The translations under genes were made by a program, and so were the position numbers. The notes under the pieces were generated by a model that saw nothing but the letters and a program-made list of their open reading frames with translations, ran no database searches and was not told where the DNA came from. A stretch of DNA of 64,000 nt from Raja brachyura (Eukaryota), in NCBI GenBank assembly GCA_963514005.1, contig OY740810.1:20088001-20152000 (forward strand), read 5' to 3'. Shown here piece by piece: positions 11,640-22,571 of the stretch. Numbering within the stretch: position 1 is the stretch's first letter; the number at the start of each line of letters is the position of its first letter.

Positions 11640-12800
11640 GGGGACATAATGTCAATTGCTTGGGCAAAGCAAAATAATCAATTACAATGGGACAGTTTTA
11701 TCATGGGTAAAGGCTGGAGCAAAGAGTGGAACTATGATGTTGTGGCCTTTATAGAGACTTGGTTGTGAGGACAGGATTAGCAGGTCAACAATCCAGGATT
11801 TCAATGTTAAAAATGTGATAGAGAGGGATGAAAAGGAGGGGGAGGTATTGCTTTACTAATCGATGAGAATGGAGAACATCATGGTGGCACTGAAGAGAGG
11901 ACATATGATTTGTCCATTGAGGCAACATGGATAGAGCTCAATAATACGTAGGTGCAGTCACTCTAATGTTATTATATTATTCGCCTCTCAATAGGCAGCA
12001 GTTAGAGGAACGGAAACGTAGATAGATTACGGAAATATGCAAAAGCAACAGGGTCGTCGTGGTTGGCAACTTTAACTTCCTCAATATTGACATGGACAAT
12101 AAAAAGACACAAATTTCTCAGTAACGCAGCAGGAGAAGTGGCATTCCAGCAATTTGTGCCTATATTGTAAACCCGCATCTGCAGTTCCCAGTTAATGGCA
12201 ATATCCTTCACAGCATTCATGTGCAGAGCGATCTTAAGAGTCCACAGTTCTCAGAAAATGGCAACACAAGTAAATAGAGCAGTAAAGGTACATGTTGTGC
12301 CTGCCTTCATTAATTAAGGCATTGAGTATAAGAGTCGGGAAATCATGATGCAGCATTGTATGATATTGGTTAGACTGTATTTGGAATATCATGTGCAGTT
12401 CTGTTTACCATATTACAGGATGTGGAGACTTGAGAATGCAGATGATGTTTGCCAGAATGCTGCTGTGTTTACAGGGTTTTAGGTATAAGAGGTTAGACAA
12501 ACCTGGAATGTATTTTCTGCAACATCAGAGATTGAGCGTAGACCTGACAGTAGATAAAATTATGAGGGGCATCGATAGTGCAAATAGTGTGAGGTGGGTG
12601 CCTGGAATGCGTGCCTGGGGTAGTGGAGGAAGCAAATACAATTGTGGTGCTTGCTAAGCTTTCAAGTGAACACATAGATATATGCAGGGAATGGAGGGAT
12701 ATGGATCAGGTGCTGGCAAATTAACTTTGCATCATGTTCGGTACAGACATTGTGTGCCCAAGGTCCTGTTCCTTCTGTTTGTCCCATGTTCTATATAGCA
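11640..12800 (+). mobile_element. Degenerate CR1 LINE (endonuclease and 3' fragments)
   Basis: YDVVAFIETW..GGG..VGNFNF endonuclease remnants, followed by a CR1-type 3' region with many stops and frameshifts. Confidence 0.65.
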
Positions 12801-13113
12801 CTACTAATTGAAACTAATGCACACTGCATCGTTAATGGATAAATGAAACCATGGAATAAATCTGTGAATTGTTAAGATCTTGGAGAGAACAGAAACTGAG
12901 ACATTTGAGCAATGGAACATTCTGTGATGATAGCATCAAAAATGTCACAATGAAGATGAGTTTCACTGATCACGTGTCAAATACGTGAATACATTTAATC
13001 TACTTGAACATACATTGAAGATGTACAGATAACTCAATTCAGGTTTTTTTAATGTCATAGTTCTATTTGCCTGTATTTGGCCCATATCCATCTAAACCTT
13101 TCCTATCCATGTA

Positions 13114-14047
13114 TCTATATTACTAAAAGTCTGATCTTGACCGCTTTTGGACCACTGTGGTGCAATTTCCGAGAGAACACCGTTATTTTTGGCCACCTCA
13201 CTCAGAGACCCCCTCCATCTTCCTGGACCAGAGGATTTTTCCCATCGACGAAAAATTAGAGAGATATTAATGTTTTTAACAAATTCCACAATCTCTCTGC
13301 TGCCCCCGCTGGCAGCAGGAGGGACTATAAAATCCGGAAGTGCTGTGCCTCACTCAGTCTCTGCCAGACCCAGGAAGTCAGAGGGTCACAGCTCTATGAG
13401 CTGCGAATAACACTGAACGTATTAGTTGTAAAGAGTTTGCAAATTTGTTTCTCTTAGCTGTTAAACAAATGTTGCCAGAAAATGTATTGGTTGTAACGAG
13501 TTTGCAAATTTGTTTCTCTTGGGTTTTAAAATGGTTGCAACAGTTTTCGGATGGATAAAGCATGAATAAACATTTTATTAGATCAGAACTGTGTTTAATT
13601 TAAAAATTGGCGCTCATTCTGTGATTTTCGCTTGGTTGCAAGATGGCGCCGATGACGTCATTTCCGGTTAGCGGCATGCTGGCGCTGAGTGCATCATTTC
13701 CGGTTCGTAGCAAGCAGTGGGAGTGTGACGTCAAGATAGCGGTGAGTGCAGGCGTTGCTGAATAATTCATGTGTTTACTGCTCTATGGTGAGTGTGTTTG
13801 TTGGATGTTATTTAAAGCATGATTTTGCTTCAGCAGCAGCAGCCTGTACAGTAGGCTTTAAAGATTTGTTTTACACACTGAATATTCAACAATTTCTTAA
13901 GTTACTGGGCATTTTAGTGTTGGGTGTGTGAATGTGAGAGTGTGTGTGTGTGTGTATATATTGGAATTGGTGGAGAGGTGGAATATTGCGTTGGGGAACT
14001 AGCCCTCCCGTGTGAAGCTGTGACCCAACGGGTCCCACTTAGTCTAG
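13114..14047 (+). mobile_element. Non-autonomous Helitron, copy 1
   Basis: 5' TC and 3' CTAG, inserted between A and T with no TSD. Subterminal hairpin GACCC-AAC-GGGTC. Both arms are shared with the copy at 49413-50538. Confidence 0.85.
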
Positions 14048-15823
14048 TCTATGTCTAAAAATCAAGAAGAACCAAGCTTTGGTTATTTTTTCAGAATGAA
14101 TCAATTGATCTTCCTGGAGAATGCAGTAACAATAACCAGCTTCCTTGCCCTGGCGTTACAGGTTAAAACTCAGCCAGATTTCACCACTCCAGCTTGCCAT
14201 CAACATCCCTGATTGTTGGGTGTGAGAGGGCAACACTGAGCTCAGTTCTAGAAATCCTAGTGAATTGAAAAGTACTAAATGTACCCCCATAGTACAAGAG
14301 GGTGGAATTATTAATAGTTAGGCATTTAGCCCGACATCAATACTCAGGAAAATTTTGGAAGCTAATATTGACCAATTAAAAACTTGGAAAACAAAATTCA
14401 CAATCTGTTGTCAGATTCAACATTATTATGAATGGAAACTCCAATTTTCTATGGGCAATGGGCTTACTAATGGATATGAAATCTGGGGCAGTGATTTATG
14501 TTAACATGCAGAGGATTGGCAAGTAAAACATTTGCTCCCAGGTGTGCGAACATCTACAAGTATCTCAGTGTATCCAAAACATCTGGTGTGGTCCAAGACA
14601 TAACTCACCCTACCCTCTGCAAAATTAATTCAGCAGTCTTCCAGTGAGTCTTGAAGGGTCCTGAACCAAAACGTTGTCTGCCCATTTCCCTCCATAGATG
14701 TTGCCTAACCCGCCGAGATCGCCCAAGTTTTTTCCCCTCATGGTTTCAGTGTCCAGTCTCTTGCGTCTCCTCAATACAGTCCTTATTGAAGAATCTGATG
14801 CATATTGAGCTCAGAGAAACTATGAGCAAGGATGATGCAATTGTGACTCGTGTGGATAATAGGAAGAACATGATCATGGCAACCACTAGCTCGTGTGACA
14901 TCATGCTCTGGCTCTCGTACCTTTAGTGTTCTCCCCCCTGCTTTATATTCTGTATGAGGACTTATTTAGCCTCACTTATTAAGTCATAGTTGAGAAGAAC
15001 TACAAACTGAATTATCCTGCAGCTTTCACTCAATTTACCAGGTTTGTGAAAATGGTTATGAATTATGATGCAATCTAAAGGGTCATGTTCTGATATTTAA
15101 TATCATGACTGACCTGAATGCAACCTCAACTCTACATTGATCCTCCCCTGGTAACCTTTCATTCCCATTATTTATTAAGAACCTACCTCTGCCATGAGAA
15201 TATCCATTGTTTCCACTGGCCCTTGAGGTAGACACTCACAACGCTTAGGAAACAAAAATCGCTTATTTTTAAACAGTGAATCCGAGTTTTAGATTCTCCC
15301 AAGGAAACTACCCCATAAATACATCATCTGGAGCACCCCATCCAATCTGTGTGTAAGCCGAGCCAGCCAATTCTGCCATACTCACCCACTAACACAGAAC
15401 TGTATAAATACAAGGCATAGCCAGACATAAATGTCTAACAAGAGGTACCAGGCAGATCTGGACCACAGCCACTGTCGATATTTAGTTTAGATACGGCATG
15501 GAAACAGTCCCTTCAGCCCACCAACTCCACGTCAAACATCGATCACCTGTTCACAAAAGTTCTATGTTGTTCACATTCACACCCAAGAGCTTTTTTTTCT
15601 CCACTGAGAAATCCGCACATCTTTGTGATGTGGGAAGAAACCCATGCGGTCACAGGGGGAATATGCAACTCTGCACAGATTGAACAGCCTATCAGCTACA
15701 CCACTGTGTTGTCCCCATGCATTAAATGTTTGTAGATAAGTTTCCTTATTTTCTGATTGAGGTTAGATACTATTAATCAAAAAAAAAAAATGGGGAAGAC
15801 AAGGTAACTTTCCAACTGACAGC

Positions 15824-15829
15824 TTTATT
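15824..15829 (-). terminator. RPL37: RPL37 polyadenylation signal
   Basis: AATAAA on the minus strand, about 24 bp after the stop codon. Confidence 0.8.
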
Positions 15830-15852
15830 TGTTACATTGGTACACCAACAGT

Positions 15853-15922
15853 TTATGCAGTGCTGGAAGAAGCCATTGCAGCACGTCTGGGCTTTGGGGT
15901 GGTGCCTTCACGGAATCCATTT
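15853..15922 (-). CDS. RPL37: 60S ribosomal protein L37 (eL37), exon 4
   Basis: Acceptor TTGCTTGCAG; encodes (R)NGFREGTTPKPRRAAMASSSTA* (70 bp). Confidence 0.96.
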
Positions 15923-18671
15923 CTGCAAGCAAGAGGAAGAAAGTGGTTAGGACAGTGCAACACTTGGTGTCCAGGACTTTACTTGAATGCCAGAGGAGAC
16001 CTCAGCTTCTCGTGCAAGAGTTGTAAAAACCTTAGTATTCTAAAAGTTCCTCCACAGAAATAACTACCCGATGCCCTGCTCCTCTCCAAACTACAACACA
16101 ACTTATACTCGTCCACTGGGTTCACTAAGATCAGATTGCCAATTTCAAAACTCTCAATCCATCTCACTAAAATTCCCACGATTACCCATTTCATTGATGC
16201 ACCAGTTCTGTTATTCACCCTTCCAAGTGGCCCGTTAAATGAGTACTAGCAGGCCAATTGACCATGCAACTTACGATGCAACATTGAGGGTTGCAGGGGA
16301 ATCCGTAACATTGGCATCTGCTAAGCTACCGATTTCAAATGCTGCCTGAGAATGGCAAAGATGAAATGCCTTTGCTACATATTACGCTCGATTCGTGTCT
16401 TGACCAGATGTTTGTTTTTTGATTAATATTGGACAATTTCCCATGTTATTGTTAAAACTTAGATCATGCAAGGTAAGTTGACAGCGAGGCAAATTAATTC
16501 AGATCACAAAAATGTAACACAAGGCCATTTAAAAACTTATCACGAGTTACACCGTACTGTTATTTGGTTCCTCTACTCCAATTTTCGCACAGTGGGAGAA
16601 TAATTCTGATTGTCATAGTTTGCTACTAATTTCCCTCAATATACTTTTATTATTTAAATATAAATAATATCATCGTCTACATCAGCGATGTTCTATGTAG
16701 GAACTGTAGATGGCGGTTTACACCAAAAATAGACAAAATGCTGGACGAACTCAGCAGGACAGGCAGCATCTCTGCAGAAGGAATGGTGACGTTTCGGGTC
16801 GAGACCCTTCTTCAGACTGAGATTCAGTTGGTGATGTTCTATGTGGACAGCAGAATACTTGGGTGGGTCACAGGATGTTCTGGAATTGGCTGCCATCTCT
16901 GCTCGTTTAAATAAGCTGTAGACCAAGAACTTACTTGGTCACAGCAATTCGGTTAATGGAAAATTTCCCCTTACAGTATTCACAAATCACTCAAAAGTAT
17001 GACAGAATAAAATTTGCACTCACGTATTTTGTGGAAAAAGCATAACTTTTTTAATTGTATTTCTCAATGTAATGGCATGGCTTTGTAGCATGGAAACTCA
17101 CAATATGGAGCTTACCGAAGTACACACACTCCCATAACACTGGGCTTGCCTGTATTCAGACACATGTCTGAACATATATTCTGAAAGCCAGTCATCTACA
17201 CCACAGCCAGAGGGGACACAAATAGTGTAGATAAATATACAGTGGCCCCACCATTAATCCGTATGGAATATCATTTATCACTTTGCAATTGCTGAAGTTT
17301 AGGATCAGTTTTCTGTTTATAACTAACTTCGCATTCTTTGCAATTTGTTCCAAATTCACAATCTGACAAATCTCAAGCCTATGCTGAACACAGTAATAAT
17401 CTATCAAATGCCAGTTCTATTTCCTAAGTACAAGTGTAACCCATTCTGGCAAGGAGTTTTACCTATTCTACGTTTGAATCTACAAAAAATTATCTTCCAA
17501 TAAATTGTTGTAAATTATTTCATGTATTACTGTTTAACTTTATTGTTTGTACATCAATCTGGAACCCACCTGGATACATGCCAGGCGCTAAATCTGTCCC
17601 TCTTGCCTAAAACATGGAAGTTTGCAAGCAGTGACTACAGGGCCACCAGACCTACGAGTCTGAAGAAGGGTCTCGACCCAAAACGTCACCCATTCCTTCT
17701 CTCCAGAGATGCTGCCTGTCCTGCTGAGTTTCTCCAGCTTTTTGTGTCTACCAGACTCATGAACACCCATACACCAGGCATGATATTCACCACCAGAATA
17801 AAAGTAGGAAGTATTGGCCGGTTAGGCCCCAGGCGGGGTCAAGGGGAGGGGGGGTGGTTAAGGGGGCATTTTCAATAAATTGAAAGTGATTTCCAAGCTT
17901 TCTACTGGTAGTTTACATAACAGAAGCTTAGAATTTTTCTAACACATAACATGTAAAATAACCACCAAAATATAAATATTTCATGAAATAAACTTCATAC
18001 AACTAAAAATAATCTTTGCAGAAAATATTACCTGAAATGTCTCTTTGCCTAGCACTGTGTGCAAACAGCACAGAAAAAAGTAATTGATAAACCTATGACA
18101 TAAGTAATATTACCTAAACTCTAATTTGACTTCCTCTTTGCCTGACACTTTATTTTTGTAAACTTGCTCAACATGGCTTCCCTGTGCTTCTTTCTTGCCA
18201 GTTGAGCTGCTAACATGTTCCTTTCTCTTGTATTCTTTTTGGTTACAAAATCGTCTGCTTCAGTAAAGGAAGCTGGTCGGCGATTGGCCGCAACACCCCT
18301 CGGAGACTGCGTCTGATTGGCCGCGAGTGACCGGCGCATTATGTGAATGGACGCAACGCCCTTGGATACAGTGGCTGATTGGACGGCAGACCGATTTGTT
18401 GATTGGACGAGAATTTTAAGAGAAGCTGGTCCGTGATGGGATGAAAGGCCCTTGGACACAGGGGCTGACTCAAGAAACATAGGCCGAAGCGGATTTTAAG
18501 GGAAGCTAGTGGGTGATTGGACGCAACTCCCTTAGAGACAGCGGTTGATTAACCTCCAAATAATCGGGCACAAAAAAATGAAAAATAGGAAAACAAAAAA
18601 AACGGAATCCCGACATATATCGAAAGAATATCATGCCTGCTACACATGGGTGAGCTCCCATTGTGTTAAAG

Positions 18672-19199
18672 CAGGGGTCGGCAACCTACAGCCCCCGGGC
18701 CAAATGCGGCGTATTTGTGTTTCCGTTGTCATCCGGCCCGCAGACTTCCTTCATCTTTGGTACCTCCCGGCCCCGAGGCGCCCAGGTACGGTGACGCAAG
18801 AAAGCCTGCGCTGGCGGCCACAATTGCGGAGCTGCCGAGCTCTGGCTGTACCACGTCCTGCGCAAAGCCCCCGGTATAGCTGCACATCTTCTGTATCTGG
18901 GCTTCAGTCGGGATTGGGGTTGTCAACAGGCCAGGGACAAGTGAGTATGAGCCACCGCCTTCAGGACAGTGCCAAGGCAATGGATTGTAGGTGCGCCATG
19001 TTCGTGAACATCCGTAAATAGGAGCCAGTGCTCCGGGTGGCGTACTCAAAGGGGCCGAATCTATGTGAACACGTGATTTGATGCCTGCCATCCGGGGCGG
19101 GATGGGGGCAGAATCCATGTGAACACATGGTAGATGCGGCCCGCCATCCGCTAAGACATGCCACCCGGCCCCCATGCAGAACAAGGTTGCTGACCCCTG
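18672..19199. mobile_element. hAT-like non-autonomous DNA transposon
   Basis: TIRs CAGGGGTCGGCAACCT / AGGTTGCTGACCCCTG. An 8-bp TSD is not preserved. Confidence 0.7.
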
Positions 19200-19232
19200 C
19201 ATTTAAGTCACGTCCAATGTGCACACACATAT

Positions 19233-22200
19233 TAGGCATGTTACAATACTTACCTTCAGCGGCGCTGCAGTTCAGTGACTGCCCGTGTGCGCGACTTCGG
19301 CGCCTTTGAGAGGTGGGCAGGTTTAAAATGCGGTATTTCGGAAGCCTATTCTAATCGATCTTGAACAGGCTATTTAGTTGATGAAGAAAAATCGCTTCGA
19401 CTGCCGTTCTCTGAAGTGATTTTTAAACTGCGCTTGCTAATTTAATTGCTGTAGTAAATTTAAAATCATCTTCTAAAGCCGTGAACGCCGACAACGGGAC
19501 GGACCTCGCGTAGGGGACAAGGCAAGTTATGCAGTTTATTTTTCCATAAAAAAGTGCTTCTTAGGATAGCTTTAATCAAAATTTCACGTTGCGAGAAGGT
19601 GATTTATTCCCCATTCAAACCGGCAGTATTTTTCTTGCCGATATGGGGTTGAAATTTACCGCAACTGCAACGTTCCAATCGATCGCGTTCCAGTAAATCC
19701 CACTCGCAAGATGATTAAAATGGCGATTAATTTACGGGAATTAAACATTAAATTCCTTCCATTTGGCTTATAAATTAATGACAATGAGATTTTTAAATCA
19801 TGTTATATTGTGAATTCTTGTGTGAATGTTATTTGGACACTTAGGCTATTTAAAAATGTTCAGTTTTTCTTAAGAAGTTGATAGATGTTTAGATCTAGTA
19901 ATTGAATTTTGTAATTAGCTACAATTGGGTAACTAACTAATTATATGCTTTAATTTCAGGTCATCCAAGTAAGATTGTTTCATAGTTATTTCAGAATACT
20001 TCAATCTATAATAACTGAAAATATCTTTCAGTTCTCTTAATTTTTAAGAATGTTATGGGCTTTTGACTGTCCTCGATCACAGTTTTTGTGTTAAGTCAGT
20101 AGAAAAGCAATAGGGGCCAAAAGGCTAATTTCCGAGTAGGAAAATGGCCATAACTTTTTTTAATACTGAAGCCCTGTCTCACTGAGCGAGTCATCCCACG
20201 AGTGACCCCAAGTGAAAGAAAAAAAGACTCGTGGTTGTGTACAAGATTTCAAGTTTATGATCAAGTGTTTAACCGAGTTCCCACGGGTATGTCATTGCTG
20301 CGATGTTCCAACTTCCTCTCCCGAGTTAACAAGTTCCTCTCCTGTTACTCTTGAGCCAACCGTGAATGAAGGTAAGTGTGTGAGGGTGTGAGAAGTCCAT
20401 GCCGGGTGCCGGCCGGCCGCAGCCGCTGTTCAGATTGTTGGGAGACGGAGCTCAGGGTTCGCCTCTTGAGCTGCTTTGGTGCCCAGGCGTAAGTTGAGGT
20501 GGAGGGAGGTTGGGGGTGGGGGGTGACAGACAAGGCTCTTGGGTGCTGGGATCATTCTCTGCGGGATGGTCTTAGTGTGGGAGACGTGTGTAGGAGAGGT
20601 GTGCTGACTTTGGTAGTGATGGCCCACCAGTCTCAAAAGCCGCTGTGTCTCCCTGTCCCCCTCCACGCCAACACAAAGGGCAATGAGCCCAAGGCTTTAG
20701 GGGCAGAAACAGCTGGCAGGCGACAATCACCCGCCATAACGCGAGAGATATCATGCGCTATTGTAGGTCTCCTTTGCACGTCGTTTCTGTCTTTCTCCAT
20801 CTCATTGTTGGCCCTGGCTGTCACCAACCCCACCCCCACCCCTCTGCTTCCCGGTCATGTATGTGCCCCCTTCCCTCCCCTCTCTAGCTCCCCGCCCATT
20901 GCACCGGGCGCGGGGGCTTTGCACCGTCTTCACGTCGGCGACGATCCCAAGGCTTTAGACGGAAGGCAGACGCAACAAGCTGGAGTAACAACGCGGGCCA
21001 GGTAACATCTCTGGAGAACGTGGATAGATGACGTTTCGGATAAGGGCTCGTCTTCTGAAGAAGGATCTCGACCTGCTGAATTACTCCAGCAGTGTTTAAG
21101 AAGGAACTGCAGATGCAGGAAAATCGAGGGTACACAAAAATCTAGAGAAACTCAGCGGGTGCAGCAACATCTATGGAGCGAAGGGATGGGTGACAGAAGG
21201 GTCTCGACCTGATGCATTTCTCCAGCATTTGGATCTAAACATCACCCATTCTTTCTCTCCAGAGATGCTGCCTGTCCCGCTGAGTTACTCCAGCTTTTTT
21301 GTGTCTATCGTTGAATGGGTGACGTTTCGGGTCGAGACCCTTCTTCGGACTGAAAATAAAACTTGCCTCGTGTGAAGCGGCTTGTAAATTAAAACATAAA
21401 ATCAAGAAATGTTAAAGGTTGACTCATTTATGTGCTGCTATTCATTCACCTGGCCTGTTGCTGTCCTCCCTCGTCCACCGTGAGCGCTGGACAACTCACC
21501 GGGTGCAAAACTCCGCTGCATCCCGGTCGGAGGGCGATCATCACCGGACTGACCAGCAAGTAGAGGCGGCGGGTCGGGCAAGCCCGGCTCCCCGCCACCG
21601 GGATAGACACCAACTACTGGAGTAAACTCAGCGGGATCTCTGGAGAAGTCTGAAGTAGGGTCTCGACCCGCAATCTCACCCATCCCATCTCTCCAGAGAT
21701 GCTGCCTGTCCCTCGGAGTTACTCCAACATTGTGTGTGTCTATCTTCGGTGTAAACCAGCATCTGCAGTTCCTTCCCAATCTCACACTCTCGGCCCCGGG
21801 AGGTGGATGGAGCATCACACGTGGACACATCCCACCCACCGCCCCAGACTTGCCCCTCCGGCAGGTCTTTAACCGCGTCCTAAAGCCGTTCATTGAGACA
21901 GTGACGAATACGAAGCCACGGGGCAGGCGCCTCAGTAATAAAGGACAAGTGGCAGATCATCGCAGAAAGGCCGAAGATAGACACAAAATGCTGGAGTAAC
22001 TCGGCGGGACAGGCTGCATCTCTGGAGAGAAGGAATGGGTGGCGTTTCGGGTAAGTCTGAAGAAGGGTCTCGACTCCATTCCTTCTCTCCAGAGATGCTG
22101 CCTGGTCCGCTGAGTTACTCCAGCATTTTGTGTCTATCTTTGGTTCAGTCTTTACTCGAGCAGATTATAAGAAAGTTCCCGCGGTAGACTCACGAGTCAC

Positions 22201-22571
22201 TAAGATAAACGCACGGGCCACTACGTTATTACAACGAGTTTAAATGTTTCCATTTTTAACTTGAACAGTTAATTTAACTCGTGGAAAAAATCAAACAGGT
22301 TTGATTTCTTTCACGAGTTAACAAGTTTCCCCGAGTAGCTGCCGTTAGCGCCACGAGTCGATAAGTTGCTCGCGCCAGTTCCGACATTCCCGCTACGTGA
22401 TCGCCACGAGTGAAAACTCGGGGTCACTCGTGGGCCAACTCGCACCGTGAGACAGGGGTTTGAAGATATGAAAGTGAATTAGGTGTCAAATTACACTTCT
22501 TTTTATGCTTTACCTGATGGGATAAATTACAGACTTGATTTTTTAAATCTCAAAATTTTGTAACATTGCTA
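19233..22571. mobile_element. TIR DNA transposon (TAG termini) hosting a nested element
   Basis: Ends TAGGCATGTTACAA / TTGTAACATTGCTA, flanked by the direct repeat CACATAT. Confidence 0.7.
20170..22460. mobile_element. PIF/Harbinger-like non-autonomous element nested in the preceding one
   Basis: TIRs AGCCCTGTCTCAC..CCCACGAGTGACCCC / GGGGTCACTCGTGGG..GTGAGACAGGGGTT with a 3-bp TGA duplication. Removing it restores AATACTGAAGATATG. Confidence 0.7.

Noticed and set aside
16128-16198. Possible C/D snoRNA (CTGA box D, 4-bp terminal stem) near the RPL37 last acceptor
   Set aside because: Box C reads ATGAAAT and no convincing rRNA complementarity was recognised.
17155-17175. TGTCTGAACATAT resembling the SNORD72 guide
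   Set aside because: On the strand opposite to RPL37, part of a short palindrome, with no C/D boxes.
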